From the NCBI GenBank assembly GCA_963753465.1, contig CAVWCJ010000006.1:261366-325365 (forward strand): a DNA stretch of 64,000 bases, written 5' to 3'. The notes under the pieces were generated by a model that was given only the letters and a program-made list of their open reading frames with translations, was not told the origin of the DNA and searched no databases. The DNA comes from an uncultured Chloroflexia bacterium (GTDB lineage: Bacteria > Chloroflexota > Anaerolineae > Anaerolineales > Villigracilaceae). Positions 38,662 to 47,237 of the stretch are shown one piece after another. Positions within the stretch are counted from its first letter, which is position 1. Each line of letters begins with the position of its first letter. The position numbers and the translations under genes were made by a program.

Positions 38662-39600
38662 GTGGCCCATTTTCATTCTCTCGAGGAATGCTCGCTTCAG
38701 AACGCCTGGCTTTCCGTCGGCGTCTTCGACGGCGTTCACCGCGGCCATCAGATTTTGCTTCGCCAGTTGGTTTCCGGTGCGCATGCCGAAAACAATCCCG
38801 CCGTCGTGCTGACCTTCTCCCCTCACCCCGCCGTCGTACTGGGTGGAAAAACGGATTTCAAATGCCTGACCACCCCCGAAGAGCGCAGTGCTCTCCTGGA
38901 TTCTCTCGGTGTGGATGGGGTCATCCTCCAGACGTTTGACCAGACGCTCGCGAACCAGACAGCCGAACAATTCATGGCACGTGCCGTGAAGCAGCTTGGG
39001 GTGCGCCGGATGCTGGTCGGGTACGATACCGCCCTCGGCCGCGGGCGTCAAGGGAACGCTGCCCGCCTGGGTGAAATCGGGAAGGAGCTTGGCTTTACCG
39101 TTGAGACCGTATCGCCACTCGCGGCCGAAGATGGAATCATCTCTTCGACGCGCATCCGCGCCCGCCTTGCTGCCGGAGACGTCGCTGCAGCTGCCAGGGA
39201 CCTGGGGCGCAAGTATACCGTTGCAGGTCCGGTCATCCATGGTGACGGGCGCGGCCATACGATCCGCGTCCCCACGGCAAACATCCAGGTCCCGGAGGGG
39301 AAAATCATCCCTGCGAACGGCATTTACGTTTGCTGGACCCATGTGGGCGAGGAAAAAGTCCCCACCGTGACGAATATCGGCACCCGCCCGACCTTTACCC
39401 CGGATGAATTCATTCCCCATGTGGAAGCTCACCTGTTGGATTTCGAGCGCGACCTGTATGGACGGGAGATTGAACTGGAATTCATAGAATATCTGCGCCC
39501 CGAGCAAAAATTTTCCTCCGTCCAGGCACTTATCGATGCGATCCGGGACGACATCCTGCAGGCCAGAAAAATCCTGAAACAATCTCCGGAATTAAGGTAG
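38662..39600 (+). CDS. ribF: bifunctional riboflavin kinase / FAD synthetase
   Basis: GVFDGVHRGHQ near the N-terminus, and a C-terminal kinase region PTANI...GIYV...RPTF...E.HLLDF..DLYG..I...F...LR.E.KF. GTG start. Confidence 0.95.
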   Translation: MAHFHSLEECSLQNAWLSVGVFDGVHRGHQILLRQLVSGAHAENNPAVVLTFSPHPAVVLGGKTDFKCLTTPEERSALLDSLGVDGVILQTFDQTLANQTAEQFMARAVKQLGVRRMLVGYDTALGRGRQGNAARLGEIGKELGFTVETVSPLAAEDGIISSTRIRARLAAGDVAAAARDLGRKYTVAGPVIHGDGRGHTIRVPTANIQVPEGKIIPANGIYVCWTHVGEEKVPTVTNIGTRPTFTPDEFIPHVEAHLLDFERDLYGREIELEFIEYLRPEQKFSSVQALIDAIRDDILQARKILKQSPELR

Positions 39601-39660
39601 GTTTGCCTCAGGCCTCATCAGGCATTCCGTCCTCCGGAAATTGGCATCTTCAGGTGCATT

Positions 39661-39695
39661 GAAAAAGGAGTGGTGCTGGCAACCGCTCCTTTTTC
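39661..39695. terminator. bidirectional intrinsic terminator between convergent ribF and S53 peptidase genes
   Basis: GAAAAAGGAGTGG...CCGCTCCTTTTTC. The A-run/T-run arms give a U-tract on either strand. Confidence 0.6.
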
Positions 39696-39723
39696 AATCA
39701 ACAATTTCAATCCCAAAATAGGC

Positions 39724-41313
39724 TCAGCCCCCCAGGCCAGTGAGCAGTTTGGTTCCGATTGGAGAGCCCCAGCCCGTGCAGGCATCCCAACCCGGGCCGG
39801 CCGAAAAGGCCCCGTTATTCCCACTGATAACATCATTAAACAGGCCTTTTCCCGATAAGGAGCCATAGATCAGAGGGTTCAGGAATCCGATCGGCGTTCC
39901 GATCTTCTGATTGAAAAGGGCGATCAATCCGGCCCACAGGGGTGCGACCGCGCTGGTTCCGCCGATGACGAGGTCATATCCATCCACGCGGACCTGATAC
40001 CCCGTGGCAGGATCGGCGTCACCGGCCACATCCGGAACCCCCCGCCCTGACAAGCCGCCCGAACCGGGCACATTCACGGATTGCTGGTAAGAGGGGAGCG
40101 GGAAACTGGTGCTCACCCCGCCGCCGGTGGAGCTATCCGGTCCATCGTTCCAGACTGTTTCGCTGGAGATGGTCGTCCCTGAAGCGGTCAAACGGGTTCC
40201 CCCGCATGCCAGCACATACGGGCTGGAAGCGGGAAAATCCACGTGAGGAAGACCATCCGTCGCACCATCCGAGGAGCCGTGGTCGCCGGTTGTAACGCAG
40301 ACCGTGATCCCCAATGAGGCTGCAGTTTGGAAGGCCTGGTTGAACTGGGCCATCGTCTGTCCTGTCCAATTCGATTCGGGGCCGCCCCAGCTGATCGAAA
40401 TGACCGAGGGCTTGTTGGTTGAATCGTGGACCGCGCGGGTGATCGCATCCAGGAAACCCCGATCCGTGTTGGGGGCGAAATAAACCACGATACTGGCTTT
40501 GGGCGCAATCGTTCCGGCGACCTCGATATCCAGCATCACCTCCCCATCCGCACTATCCTGGGTGGAGGGTTTGTTATTCGCACAGTCCACGCGCACAGTC
40601 TTGACATTAGGGGTCGGCAAACTCAGGCCGCTGAAGTAAGCATTCAAATCGGCAGTCCGGTATCCCCCGCCCAATTCGATGATGGCAATGCACTGCCCCG
40701 AACCATCCAACTGCTGGGGGAAGCTGTAAATCTGCGCCAGCTGGAGGGTAGTAAAGGAAGCAGCCTGGTCTGCGGGAGAAACTGCACCTACCGCACCGGG
40801 GTTTGAAGCGTGAACCTTGAAGTGCGGACGGGCCTGTGGGCGGTTATCCAGCCCGAAAACACCCTGAATGATCCCCTCCAAATCGGAGGGCACGGATATT
40901 TCTCCGGTCCGGCCGCGGAAGGTTCCTGCTACATACTCATAGCGCTGTAACGTGATTCCAAAAGCCTTGCTGAAAGCACCTGCTTTGCCGGACAGGATCA
41001 TAGAGCGCTGGTCGGGCCTTATCTTGACCACCCTCAAATGATGGCTCTTGGCGAAAGCCTTCACTTTGGAGATGTCCGCGGGATCAGCACCCTGCTGCTC
41101 GGCAAGCTCCTTGCGGGTCAGATATCGGCGTTGCTGAGGCAGAACATCGTCCATGGCTTGCCCGGCTGACGACTGGCCCAGCGGATTCTTCGGGCGCAGC
41201 TGGATGGTGATCCGAAAGCGCTCTTTATCGGGAATTGCGCCGATGAGATGCGCTCCTGTGAACTCAGCGCGGGCGCTGCCTTTGATTGAAACACGATCAG
41301 GTTTTTCGGGCAT
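39724..41313 (-). CDS. S53 (sedolisin/kumamolisin-like) serine peptidase with pro-domain
   Basis: An N-terminal activation domain, SWGGPE, and the catalytic Ser motif GGTSAVAPLWAGLIAL. Strong RBS AAGGAGG. Confidence 0.9.
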   Translation of the reverse strand: MPEKPDRVSIKGSARAEFTGAHLIGAIPDKERFRITIQLRPKNPLGQSSAGQAMDDVLPQQRRYLTRKELAEQQGADPADISKVKAFAKSHHLRVVKIRPDQRSMILSGKAGAFSKAFGITLQRYEYVAGTFRGRTGEISVPSDLEGIIQGVFGLDNRPQARPHFKVHASNPGAVGAVSPADQAASFTTLQLAQIYSFPQQLDGSGQCIAIIELGGGYRTADLNAYFSGLSLPTPNVKTVRVDCANNKPSTQDSADGEVMLDIEVAGTIAPKASIVVYFAPNTDRGFLDAITRAVHDSTNKPSVISISWGGPESNWTGQTMAQFNQAFQTAASLGITVCVTTGDHGSSDGATDGLPHVDFPASSPYVLACGGTRLTASGTTISSETVWNDGPDSSTGGGVSTSFPLPSYQQSVNVPGSGGLSGRGVPDVAGDADPATGYQVRVDGYDLVIGGTSAVAPLWAGLIALFNQKIGTPIGFLNPLIYGSLSGKGLFNDVISGNNGAFSAGPGWDACTGWGSPIGTKLLTGLGG

Positions 41314-41659
41314 AAATTACCTCCTTTTCTCACGGAAGAGACGGCTGAACGCCTCCTGGATAGGCCGTTGGCGATAATGCGATAAAAAGAACCGTGATAG
41401 CCTATATCAATAGTTTATATTTTATAACAAATAGCTTCAAGGTGGGGAGGGTCTTTATGGATTATTTTAAGTGAAAGCTTGGAATAATGTGGGAGCCGAA
41501 ATTTCGCAAAGAGAGAAAAGCAGGAGACCACCCCATGCTTTGATACTGGCGACCGATTAAACCTTGTCTATCATTTAACCGGACGAGTTTGAATCTTTCC
41601 ACTGACCCATTGTGTATATAATAGCGATATCGGTTGTATCTGTGAGAAAGAGGAGCACT

Positions 41660-42614
41660 TTGAAAATACACCTGGATACGGATTTAGGTGGCGATATTGA
41701 TGATCTCTGCGCGCTCGCCATGCTGCTCCGCTGGCCCGAAGAGAGCGATCTCGTAGGGATCACCACAGTGGCGGAGGCAAAAGGGAGAAGAGCGGGGTAT
41801 ACCCGGCATGTCTTAGGACTTGAAGGAAAAAGGGGGATTCCGGTAGCCGCGGGAGCGGAGGTATCCCAAGGGTTTTATCGTTACCCTGAAATGGGCTACC
41901 CTTCTGAGGAAAGGTACTGGGGCGAACCAGTTTCGCCATCGCCCAATCAACCCGAGGAAGCTCTTCGTCTTTTGAAGCATAGTATTCGAGCAAGATGCAA
42001 CGATTATTGGAATCGGTCCTTTCACTAATTTGTATCTGCTCGACCTCAAATATCCTGGGATATTAAAACAAGCGAAACTGTTCCTTATGGCTGGATACAT
42101 ATATCCCATTCGAGCTGGTTTTCCACAGTGGGAAAATAACATGGACTGGAACATCCAGGTGGATGTTAAATCGGCAAAGCACGTTCTTGAAAACTCCAAT
42201 CCAACCCTCATCCCACTCACGGTATCCGTTGAAACAGCCTTGCGAAGGGCCTATTTGGAGGATTTGCGGAAGTCTGGTCCGTTGGGGCAGTTAATTGCGA
42301 AACAGGCTGAAGCATTCGCAGTGGACGAGGAGATGGAAAGGAAATATGGGGAAACCTGTGCGGGATTGCCAGATGACCTCATCAATTTTCTGCATGACCC
42401 ATTAGCCTGCGCAATTGCACTGGGCTGGAATGAAGGTGCAGAGATCAATGCACTCCCACTAAAATTTGAAGTAAGGGATGGCTGGCTTCACGAGAAAATA
42501 GAGGCGACTGGAAAACCTACAAAGGTTGTAACCAAAATTGATGGAGACAAGTTTAATGAGTTTTGGATTAAAACGATTGCCAATCCCAATTCGGTACACT
42601 CCGAACGCGCCTGA
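41660..42614 (+). pseudogene. inosine/uridine-preferring nucleoside hydrolase family protein; one frame break (pseudogene or indel error)
   Basis: KIHLDTDLGGDIDDLCALAMLL (the DxDxxxDD motif) is in ORF 41612..42028. ATIIGIGPFTNL...MAGY... continues in the frame of ORF 42030..42614. 955 nt (3n+1). TTG start at 41660 after AAGAGGAG. Confidence 0.85.
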
Positions 42615-42675
42615 CGAACCGTGCGCTGGTCAGCAGGGATTCGCCGCGTTCAATATTGCAGAATCCCCCAGAAGG

Positions 42676-42697
42676 GATAATGCCGACATTCCGCACC
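42676..42697. repeat. left TSD (GATAATGC, 42676-42683) plus left terminal inverted repeat (42684-42697)
   Basis: Read directly from the sequence. Confidence 0.85.
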
Positions 42698-42739
42698 ATG
42701 AATTGGCCGGGGGAGGAAATTATCGTGTAAGCTTAAGGG

Positions 42740-44374
42740 ATGGAACGCTATGAGACGCGTCGGATCGATCATTTGGGGATCGTAACCGGTGTCTGCCGGG
42801 GAATCGGTTTGATCCAGCAGGTAGATACACGGGTCAAGGCGAGCGAACGCAAGGTCAGCTGCGGCCAGGCGGTGCAGGCGATGATCTTGAATGCGCTGGG
42901 GTTCACCAGTCGTGCCTTGTATCTGGTCCCGGATTACATGCAGAACCGGCCGGTGGATTTGCTGGTGGGAGAAGGGTTGAGCGCCGAGGACCTGAACGAT
43001 GACACACTGGGACGCGCACTGGAGGATCTATTCGAGGCAGGGGTGACGGAAGTGTTTGCGGGGGTGGCCAGTCATGCGCTGAAGGTATACGGGATCGAGC
43101 ATCGATTTGTTCATCTGGACAGCAGCACGCTGCATGTGCACGGGGAATATGAAGGCTGGGAAGGAGAGCCGGGAGACGGAGATTGGCGGAGGATCACGAT
43201 CACAGAAGGCTACTCCAAGGATCATCGCCCAGACCTGAAGCAGGCGGTGGTGAGCCTGATAACGACGCAGGCAGCGGCCATTCCGATCTGGCTGGAAGCG
43301 CTGGATGGAAACAGCAGCGACCGGAACAGCTTTCCGCAGAGCGTACAGGCCTACTGCAACTTGCTGGGGAAAGCGGAGCAGCCGTATTATGTGATGGACA
43401 GTGCGGGGTATTCGGAAGAGAATCTGAAGGCCATGGAGAAGGTCAAGTGGCTGACGCGGGTGCCGGAAACCCTCAAGCAGGCCAAAGAGCTGGTGGAAAA
43501 GAGCCAAAAAGAGGGCCTGGAAACCCTGGAAGAGGGGTATTGGGGGAAGGAAGAGCCAAGCGAGTATGGAGGCATCCGGCAGAGATGGCTGGTAGTGTAC
43601 TCGGAAGTGGCGGCCGAACGCGAAGAGAAAGGGCTGGAGCGGAAACAAGCCAAAGAATTGGAAACGGCCAGGGTCCAATGGCGTAAGTTGATGCAGGAGA
43701 CCTTCAACTGCCAGACGGATGCCGAGAAGGCTCTGGCGCTTTTCAACCAGAAGCTGCACTACCACCGTGCCCAGGCCAAGGTGGCCTCCACCAGCCGTTA
43801 TCCCCGCCGCGGCCGCCCGGGGCCTGGCGATGTTCGCCAGGTCACCGGCTATCAATTACGTGGGGATCTCCAGCCGGATCCAGCCGCACTCGAAAAAGTG
43901 CGCCGCTCGTTCGGCAAATTCATCCTGGCGACCAACGAGCTGAAACCCGAGGCACTTTCCATCCAGGGGATGTTATCCCACTACAAAGAACAGGGCATTT
44001 CTGTGGAACGCGGCTTCCGATTTCTCAAAGATCCCGTCTTCTTCGCCCACAGCCTGTTCCTCAAAAACCCTGCTCGCATCATGGCTTTGATCATGGTCAT
44101 GGGGCTGGCCTGGCTGGTCTTCTCCCTGGCGGAACGGCAGTTGCGCCTGCGATTGCAGGAAGAGAATGTTTCGGTCCGTTCCCAAACGGGAAAACCAACT
44201 CAATCCCCGACGATGCGCTGGGTTTTCCAGATGTTCGAAGGGATCGACCTCCTCTTGATCCTTAGAGATGACCAGGTGGTTTCACGACAGGTGCTCAATT
44301 TAAAACCAGACCAGTTGAGGATCATTCACCTACTGGGGCCGCAGGTGAGAAATTGTTATTCGCCGCCCGTTTAA
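42740..44374 (+). CDS. IS1634-family (IS4-superfamily) DDE transposase
   Basis: 544 aa. The N-terminus RIDHLGIVTGVCRGIGLIQQVD is DUF4277-like. Also has FVHLDSSTLHVHGEY and MDSAGYSEENL, and a length typical of the family. Confidence 0.85.
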   Translation: MERYETRRIDHLGIVTGVCRGIGLIQQVDTRVKASERKVSCGQAVQAMILNALGFTSRALYLVPDYMQNRPVDLLVGEGLSAEDLNDDTLGRALEDLFEAGVTEVFAGVASHALKVYGIEHRFVHLDSSTLHVHGEYEGWEGEPGDGDWRRITITEGYSKDHRPDLKQAVVSLITTQAAAIPIWLEALDGNSSDRNSFPQSVQAYCNLLGKAEQPYYVMDSAGYSEENLKAMEKVKWLTRVPETLKQAKELVEKSQKEGLETLEEGYWGKEEPSEYGGIRQRWLVVYSEVAAEREEKGLERKQAKELETARVQWRKLMQETFNCQTDAEKALALFNQKLHYHRAQAKVASTSRYPRRGRPGPGDVRQVTGYQLRGDLQPDPAALEKVRRSFGKFILATNELKPEALSIQGMLSHYKEQGISVERGFRFLKDPVFFAHSLFLKNPARIMALIMVMGLAWLVFSLAERQLRLRLQEENVSVRSQTGKPTQSPTMRWVFQMFEGIDLLLILRDDQVVSRQVLNLKPDQLRIIHLLGPQVRNCYSPPV

Positions 44375-44387
44375 GAACGAAATGTCG
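44374..44387. repeat. internal degenerate copy of the right IR (AGAACGAAATGTCG, 10/14 match) overlapping the transposase stop codon
   Basis: Aligned by eye to GGTGCGGAATGTCG. It would bound a 1704-bp minimal IS (42684-44387). Confidence 0.5.
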
Positions 44388-44413
44388 GACCACATAAGAT
44401 GAGGAGGTATAAA

Positions 44414-44581
44414 ATGGCTTCAATAGGTTTAGTGGTCTTCCCGCTTGAATTCGTAGTCGCTTGTCTGCCGACGTCGATGCCAACGCTAATACCCCTCTAT
44501 TTCTTGAAAAGTAGTCCATCCCGCGATCTTCCATGGTGGAAACTCGGTATTTGTAATTGGGTTGAGAGGAAAAAAGCTTGA
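44414..44581 (+). CDS. hypothetical 55-aa protein inside the IS passenger segment
   Basis: An ATG preceded by GAGGAGG, in an AT-rich segment. No recognisable family. Confidence 0.35.
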   Translation: MASIGLVVFPLEFVVACLPTSMPTLIPLYFLKSSPSRDLPWWKLGICNWVERKKA

Positions 44582-44596
44582 CGAGGGACATAAAAC

Positions 44597-44959
44597 ATGG
44601 AGGAATCAGGTCTATCAGTAAGGCCCAATTTTGGAATTCCAGCCCTTGTCGCTGGTATATTGGCTGTAGCATGGGTTGCACTGCTCCTCTATATTTCATT
44701 GAGTCTCCCGGATTTTTATTGTGACCTCGGTCCATGCAATTACAATCATCTACAGATGTTAGAAAGTGATGCTTTACCATGGCTCTGTCTTTCTTTCCCG
44801 AGCATTGGTATAGGGGCCATCGTGTTTGGCATTATCAACGTGTCTAGGCCAAATAAAAACAAACGCTTCGGCATCATTGGCCTTGTTTTAGGCATTTTAT
44901 CGACCTTAACCTTTTGTTGTTTAAGTGCGATTATTAGCTCCATGGGCATCTTTCCATAA
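44597..44959 (+). CDS. small 3-TM membrane protein, paralog family member 1 (inside the IS passenger segment)
   Basis: 120 aa. It shares the motif KRFGIIGLVLGILS and overall topology with ORFs 48719..49099 and 49110..49472. RBS GAGGGA. Confidence 0.7.
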   Translation: MEESGLSVRPNFGIPALVAGILAVAWVALLLYISLSLPDFYCDLGPCNYNHLQMLESDALPWLCLSFPSIGIGAIVFGIINVSRPNKNKRFGIIGLVLGILSTLTFCCLSAIISSMGIFP

Positions 44960-45055
44960 CGCATATCTATTTGGAAAGACCTTGATCTATACCGGCGGGT
45001 TATTATAGGTTCGTCCTATGCAAGATGTTCTTTATTTCTCCTCCGCAGCTATTTG

Positions 45056-45077
45056 GGTGCGGAATGTCGGATAATGC
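45056..45077. repeat. right terminal inverted repeat (45056-45069) plus right TSD (GATAATGC, 45070-45077)
   Basis: Read directly from the sequence. Confidence 0.85.
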
Positions 45078-45175
45078 AATATGTCAGGGAAAAAAACTCA
45101 GATTGAGTTGAGTCAACAGAATGGTATACAAGCCGGTGTTGGGCGGCTATCGATCGAAGGAAAAGAATTCTTCTC

Positions 45176-45272
45176 TCATGGAATATGCGGCTTTACTTCA
45201 ACACCTGCCCAGCCTGAAACATCATCTTGATATTCGGGGCTTTCTAGAATGCCCTTATTAAAATATATTGGC
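45176..45272 (-). other. displaced original 3-prime coding end of the gene interrupted by the second IS
   Basis: Removing 45280-46737 joins it in frame to ORF 46682..47125, giving ...ELVN-KPIYFNKGILESPEYQDDVSGWAGVEVKPHIP-stop. Confidence 0.6.
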
Positions 45273-45294
45273 TTATTCACAATACCTTCGCCAA
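45273..45294. repeat. left TSD (TTATTCA, 45273-45279) plus left IR (CAATACCTTCGCCAA, 45280-45294)
   Basis: Read directly. The IR continues imperfectly for about 14 more bp. Confidence 0.9.
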
Positions 45295-46730
45295 AAATGA
45301 ACTGACGAAATAGGGCTTTTCGGGTAAAGTTGAAGTGTCACCAACAACCCAAACCCGAGAAGCCCATGACAGACATTCTAGCACTTTTACAAAGCATAGC
45401 ACCTCTGATTTCGAAAACGACTTTGCGCCAGTTGAGCCGGATCATTTTAGGAATGCTGATGATGACCGGACGAGTAACGATGCTGGGCATCTCGCGCTGG
45501 ACCGACAAAGGCGGCAGTTACCGGACGATCCAGCGCTTATATCACACTGCGATTCCCTGGGCAGGAGTGTTGTGGAGCTTCTTCCAGAAATGGCTGTGGG
45601 ATCCCAAGGATGAGTACATTCTGGCAGGCGACGAAGTGGTGTGCGGCAAAGCGGGCAAAGAGACCTATGGATTGGATCGCTTCTTTTCGAGCATCCAACA
45701 ACGTCCGATCGCGGGGCTGGCCTTCTTTGCTTTTTCGCTGATCGATGTTCGAGAAGAGAAATCCTACCCGGTGCAGATCGATCAGGTCGTGCGGAGTGAC
45801 GCGGAGAAGGCTGCCAGCAAAGCCAAGAAGCAGGCCAAGAAGAAGGAACCTGGAGAAAAGCGCCAACGTGGACGACCGAAGGGCAGCCGGAACAAAAAGA
45901 GTGCCGAAGTCGTGTTGAATGCCGAGTTACAGCGGATCCAGGTGGCGTTGAAGGCGTTTTTGCAGCAAATTGGCAAGGTTCTGGCGCTCAAATACCTGGT
46001 CATGGATGGTCACTTCGGCAATTATCCGAGCGCATGGATGGTGACCCAGAGCGGATTGCAGTTGATCTCGAAACTCCGCCAGGATGCGGCCTTGTATTTT
46101 TCTTATACGGGTCCTTATCCAGGCTCTGGGCCTCATTCGAAATATGGCGACAAAGTGATCGTTCGCAAGATGGATCCGAAGTATTTGAAAGAGAGCACCA
46201 CCGAAAAGAATATCCGGACCGATATTTATCAAGCCGAACTGCTCAACAAGGAATTTGCTCTGCCGCTCAATGTGGTCATCATGCTTAAGACCAATCTGGA
46301 TACTCAACTCCAGGCCCATGTCATTCTGTTCAGCACCGATCTGGAGTTATGCTACGCCAAACTTATCCACTTCTATAGTCTTCGTTTCCAGATCGAGTTC
46401 AACTTCCGCGACGCCAAACAATATTGGGGCTTGGAAGATTTTATGAACATCGAAAAAACTGCTGTGACCAATGCCGCCAATCTGGCTTTCTTCCTGGTCA
46501 ATCTCTCCCAGGTGCTCTTGCGCCGCTTTCAACGGAACAATCCGGATTTCAGTATCCTGGATTTGAAGGCGCACTATCACGGCTATCGATATGCAGTCGA
46601 GACAATAAAAATGCTTCCGGAAAAACCTGATGCCGTTTTATTGGCTGACATTTTTGAGCAAATCGCCCGTTTGGGTGCCATTCACCCGGTTTTCCAACCT
46701 TCCATCAGTCCATAATTGGCGAAGGTATTG
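45280..46730 (+). mobile_element. 1451-bp insertion sequence (IS4/IS701-superfamily-like) with 15-bp perfect IRs and a 7-bp TSD
   Basis: CAATACCTTCGCCAA / TTGGCGAAGGTATTG form the termini. TTATTCA is duplicated on both sides. It has a single transposase ORF ending 1 nt before the right IR. Confidence 0.88.
45366..46715 (+). CDS. DDE transposase (IS4/IS701-like)
   Basis: 449 aa from the ATG at 45366. Contains LRQLSRIILGMLMMTGRVTMLGISRW, ILAGDEVV, LVMDGHFGN and a basic KKQAKKKEPGEKRQRGRPKG stretch. The exact family is not resolved by eye. Confidence 0.85.
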   Translation: MTDILALLQSIAPLISKTTLRQLSRIILGMLMMTGRVTMLGISRWTDKGGSYRTIQRLYHTAIPWAGVLWSFFQKWLWDPKDEYILAGDEVVCGKAGKETYGLDRFFSSIQQRPIAGLAFFAFSLIDVREEKSYPVQIDQVVRSDAEKAASKAKKQAKKKEPGEKRQRGRPKGSRNKKSAEVVLNAELQRIQVALKAFLQQIGKVLALKYLVMDGHFGNYPSAWMVTQSGLQLISKLRQDAALYFSYTGPYPGSGPHSKYGDKVIVRKMDPKYLKESTTEKNIRTDIYQAELLNKEFALPLNVVIMLKTNLDTQLQAHVILFSTDLELCYAKLIHFYSLRFQIEFNFRDAKQYWGLEDFMNIEKTAVTNAANLAFFLVNLSQVLLRRFQRNNPDFSILDLKAHYHGYRYAVETIKMLPEKPDAVLLADIFEQIARLGAIHPVFQPSISP

Positions 46731-47101
46731 TTATTCACTAATTCATTTTCTATCCATTTTTGGGATAAGGATATTGGCTTTTCAGGATCACAAATGAGCG
46801 TTACTTGATTCTGTCCACAATGTAGATCATTGACGAAAGGGCTTGAATACGCGGAGAATATTGTCACCTCTTCAGATCCAAGCCTTTGATATGTAATTGA
46901 ATAGACATCAGATGTTGTAACACTGCTTCCCCTAAACAAGTATAAACGAACCATGGCCTTATTACTTGGCATTTGACATTGGGCCACTAGATCATTTCGG
47001 TAACTATTCTTGGAAATGAGACCACACAGCAACACCCCTCCCAAAAAGGCTACTACAAAGGTGATTGAGCAAGTAAGTAGTGAAAATTTTGATCTCTTCA
47101 T
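46682..47101 (-). CDS. hypothetical membrane-anchored protein whose native C-terminus was replaced by IS-derived codons
   Basis: MKRSKFSLLTCSITFVVAFLGGVLLCGLIS is a signal anchor. The region is AT-rich (about 35% GC at 46741-46800). The last 15 codons (46682-46730) are read from inside the IS right end. Confidence 0.65.
   Translation of the reverse strand: MKRSKFSLLTCSITFVVAFLGGVLLCGLISKNSYRNDLVAQCQMPSNKAMVRLYLFRGSSVTTSDVYSITYQRLGSEEVTIFSAYSSPFVNDLHCGQNQVTLICDPEKPISLSQKWIENELVNNNTFANYGLMEGWKTG
46716..46737. repeat. right IR (46716-46730) plus right TSD (TTATTCA, 46731-46737)
   Basis: Read directly. Confidence 0.9.
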
Positions 47102-47237
47102 TATTGTTTGGAGTCCGCCGTCCAACTATGAGTCGATCGGCAAATCTTTTATATCATTCACTTTAAGCACAGTATATTGCATAATCCCCGGAAACGTCCC
47201 GGTTGACGACCGGGGCGTTTTCGTCTATATTACCCGC

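Larger units (their letters stand above)
42684..45069 (+). mobile_element. IS1634-family-like element, 2386 bp as bounded by perfect terminal IRs and an 8-bp TSD; includes 0.68 kb of passenger DNA
   Basis: IRL CGACATTCCGCACC (42684-42697) and IRR GGTGCGGAATGTCG (45056-45069) are perfect reverse complements. Both are flanked by the direct repeat GATAATGC. Confidence 0.75.

Noticed and set aside
38656-39582. 308-aa ORF antisense to ribF
   Set aside because: Same reasoning: ribF on the plus strand is unambiguous.
41373-41380. Third copy of GATAATGC upstream of the nucleoside hydrolase
   Set aside because: An 8-mer is expected by chance about twice in 64 kb on both strands. There is no adjacent IR-like sequence.
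3633-42614. Programmed ribosomal frameshifting as the explanation for the four split genes
   Set aside because: There are no slippery heptamers or downstream structures at the junctions. The affected families (E2, CcmA, cytochrome c, IUNH) are not known to use recoding. Simple homopolymer-length changes repair three of them.
43028-43855. 275-aa ORF antisense to the IS1634-like transposase
   Set aside because: It lies within the transposase gene. The translation is Leu/Pro/Arg-rich with no motifs.
44322-44780. 152-aa minus-strand ORF overlapping the transposase end and passenger ORFs
   Set aside because: It overlaps three plus-strand ORFs that have good Shine-Dalgarno sequences, and it has none itself.
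42684-46730. The two IS elements forming a composite transposon
   Set aside because: They have unrelated transposases and unrelated IRs, and each has its own intact TSD. This indicates two independent insertions.
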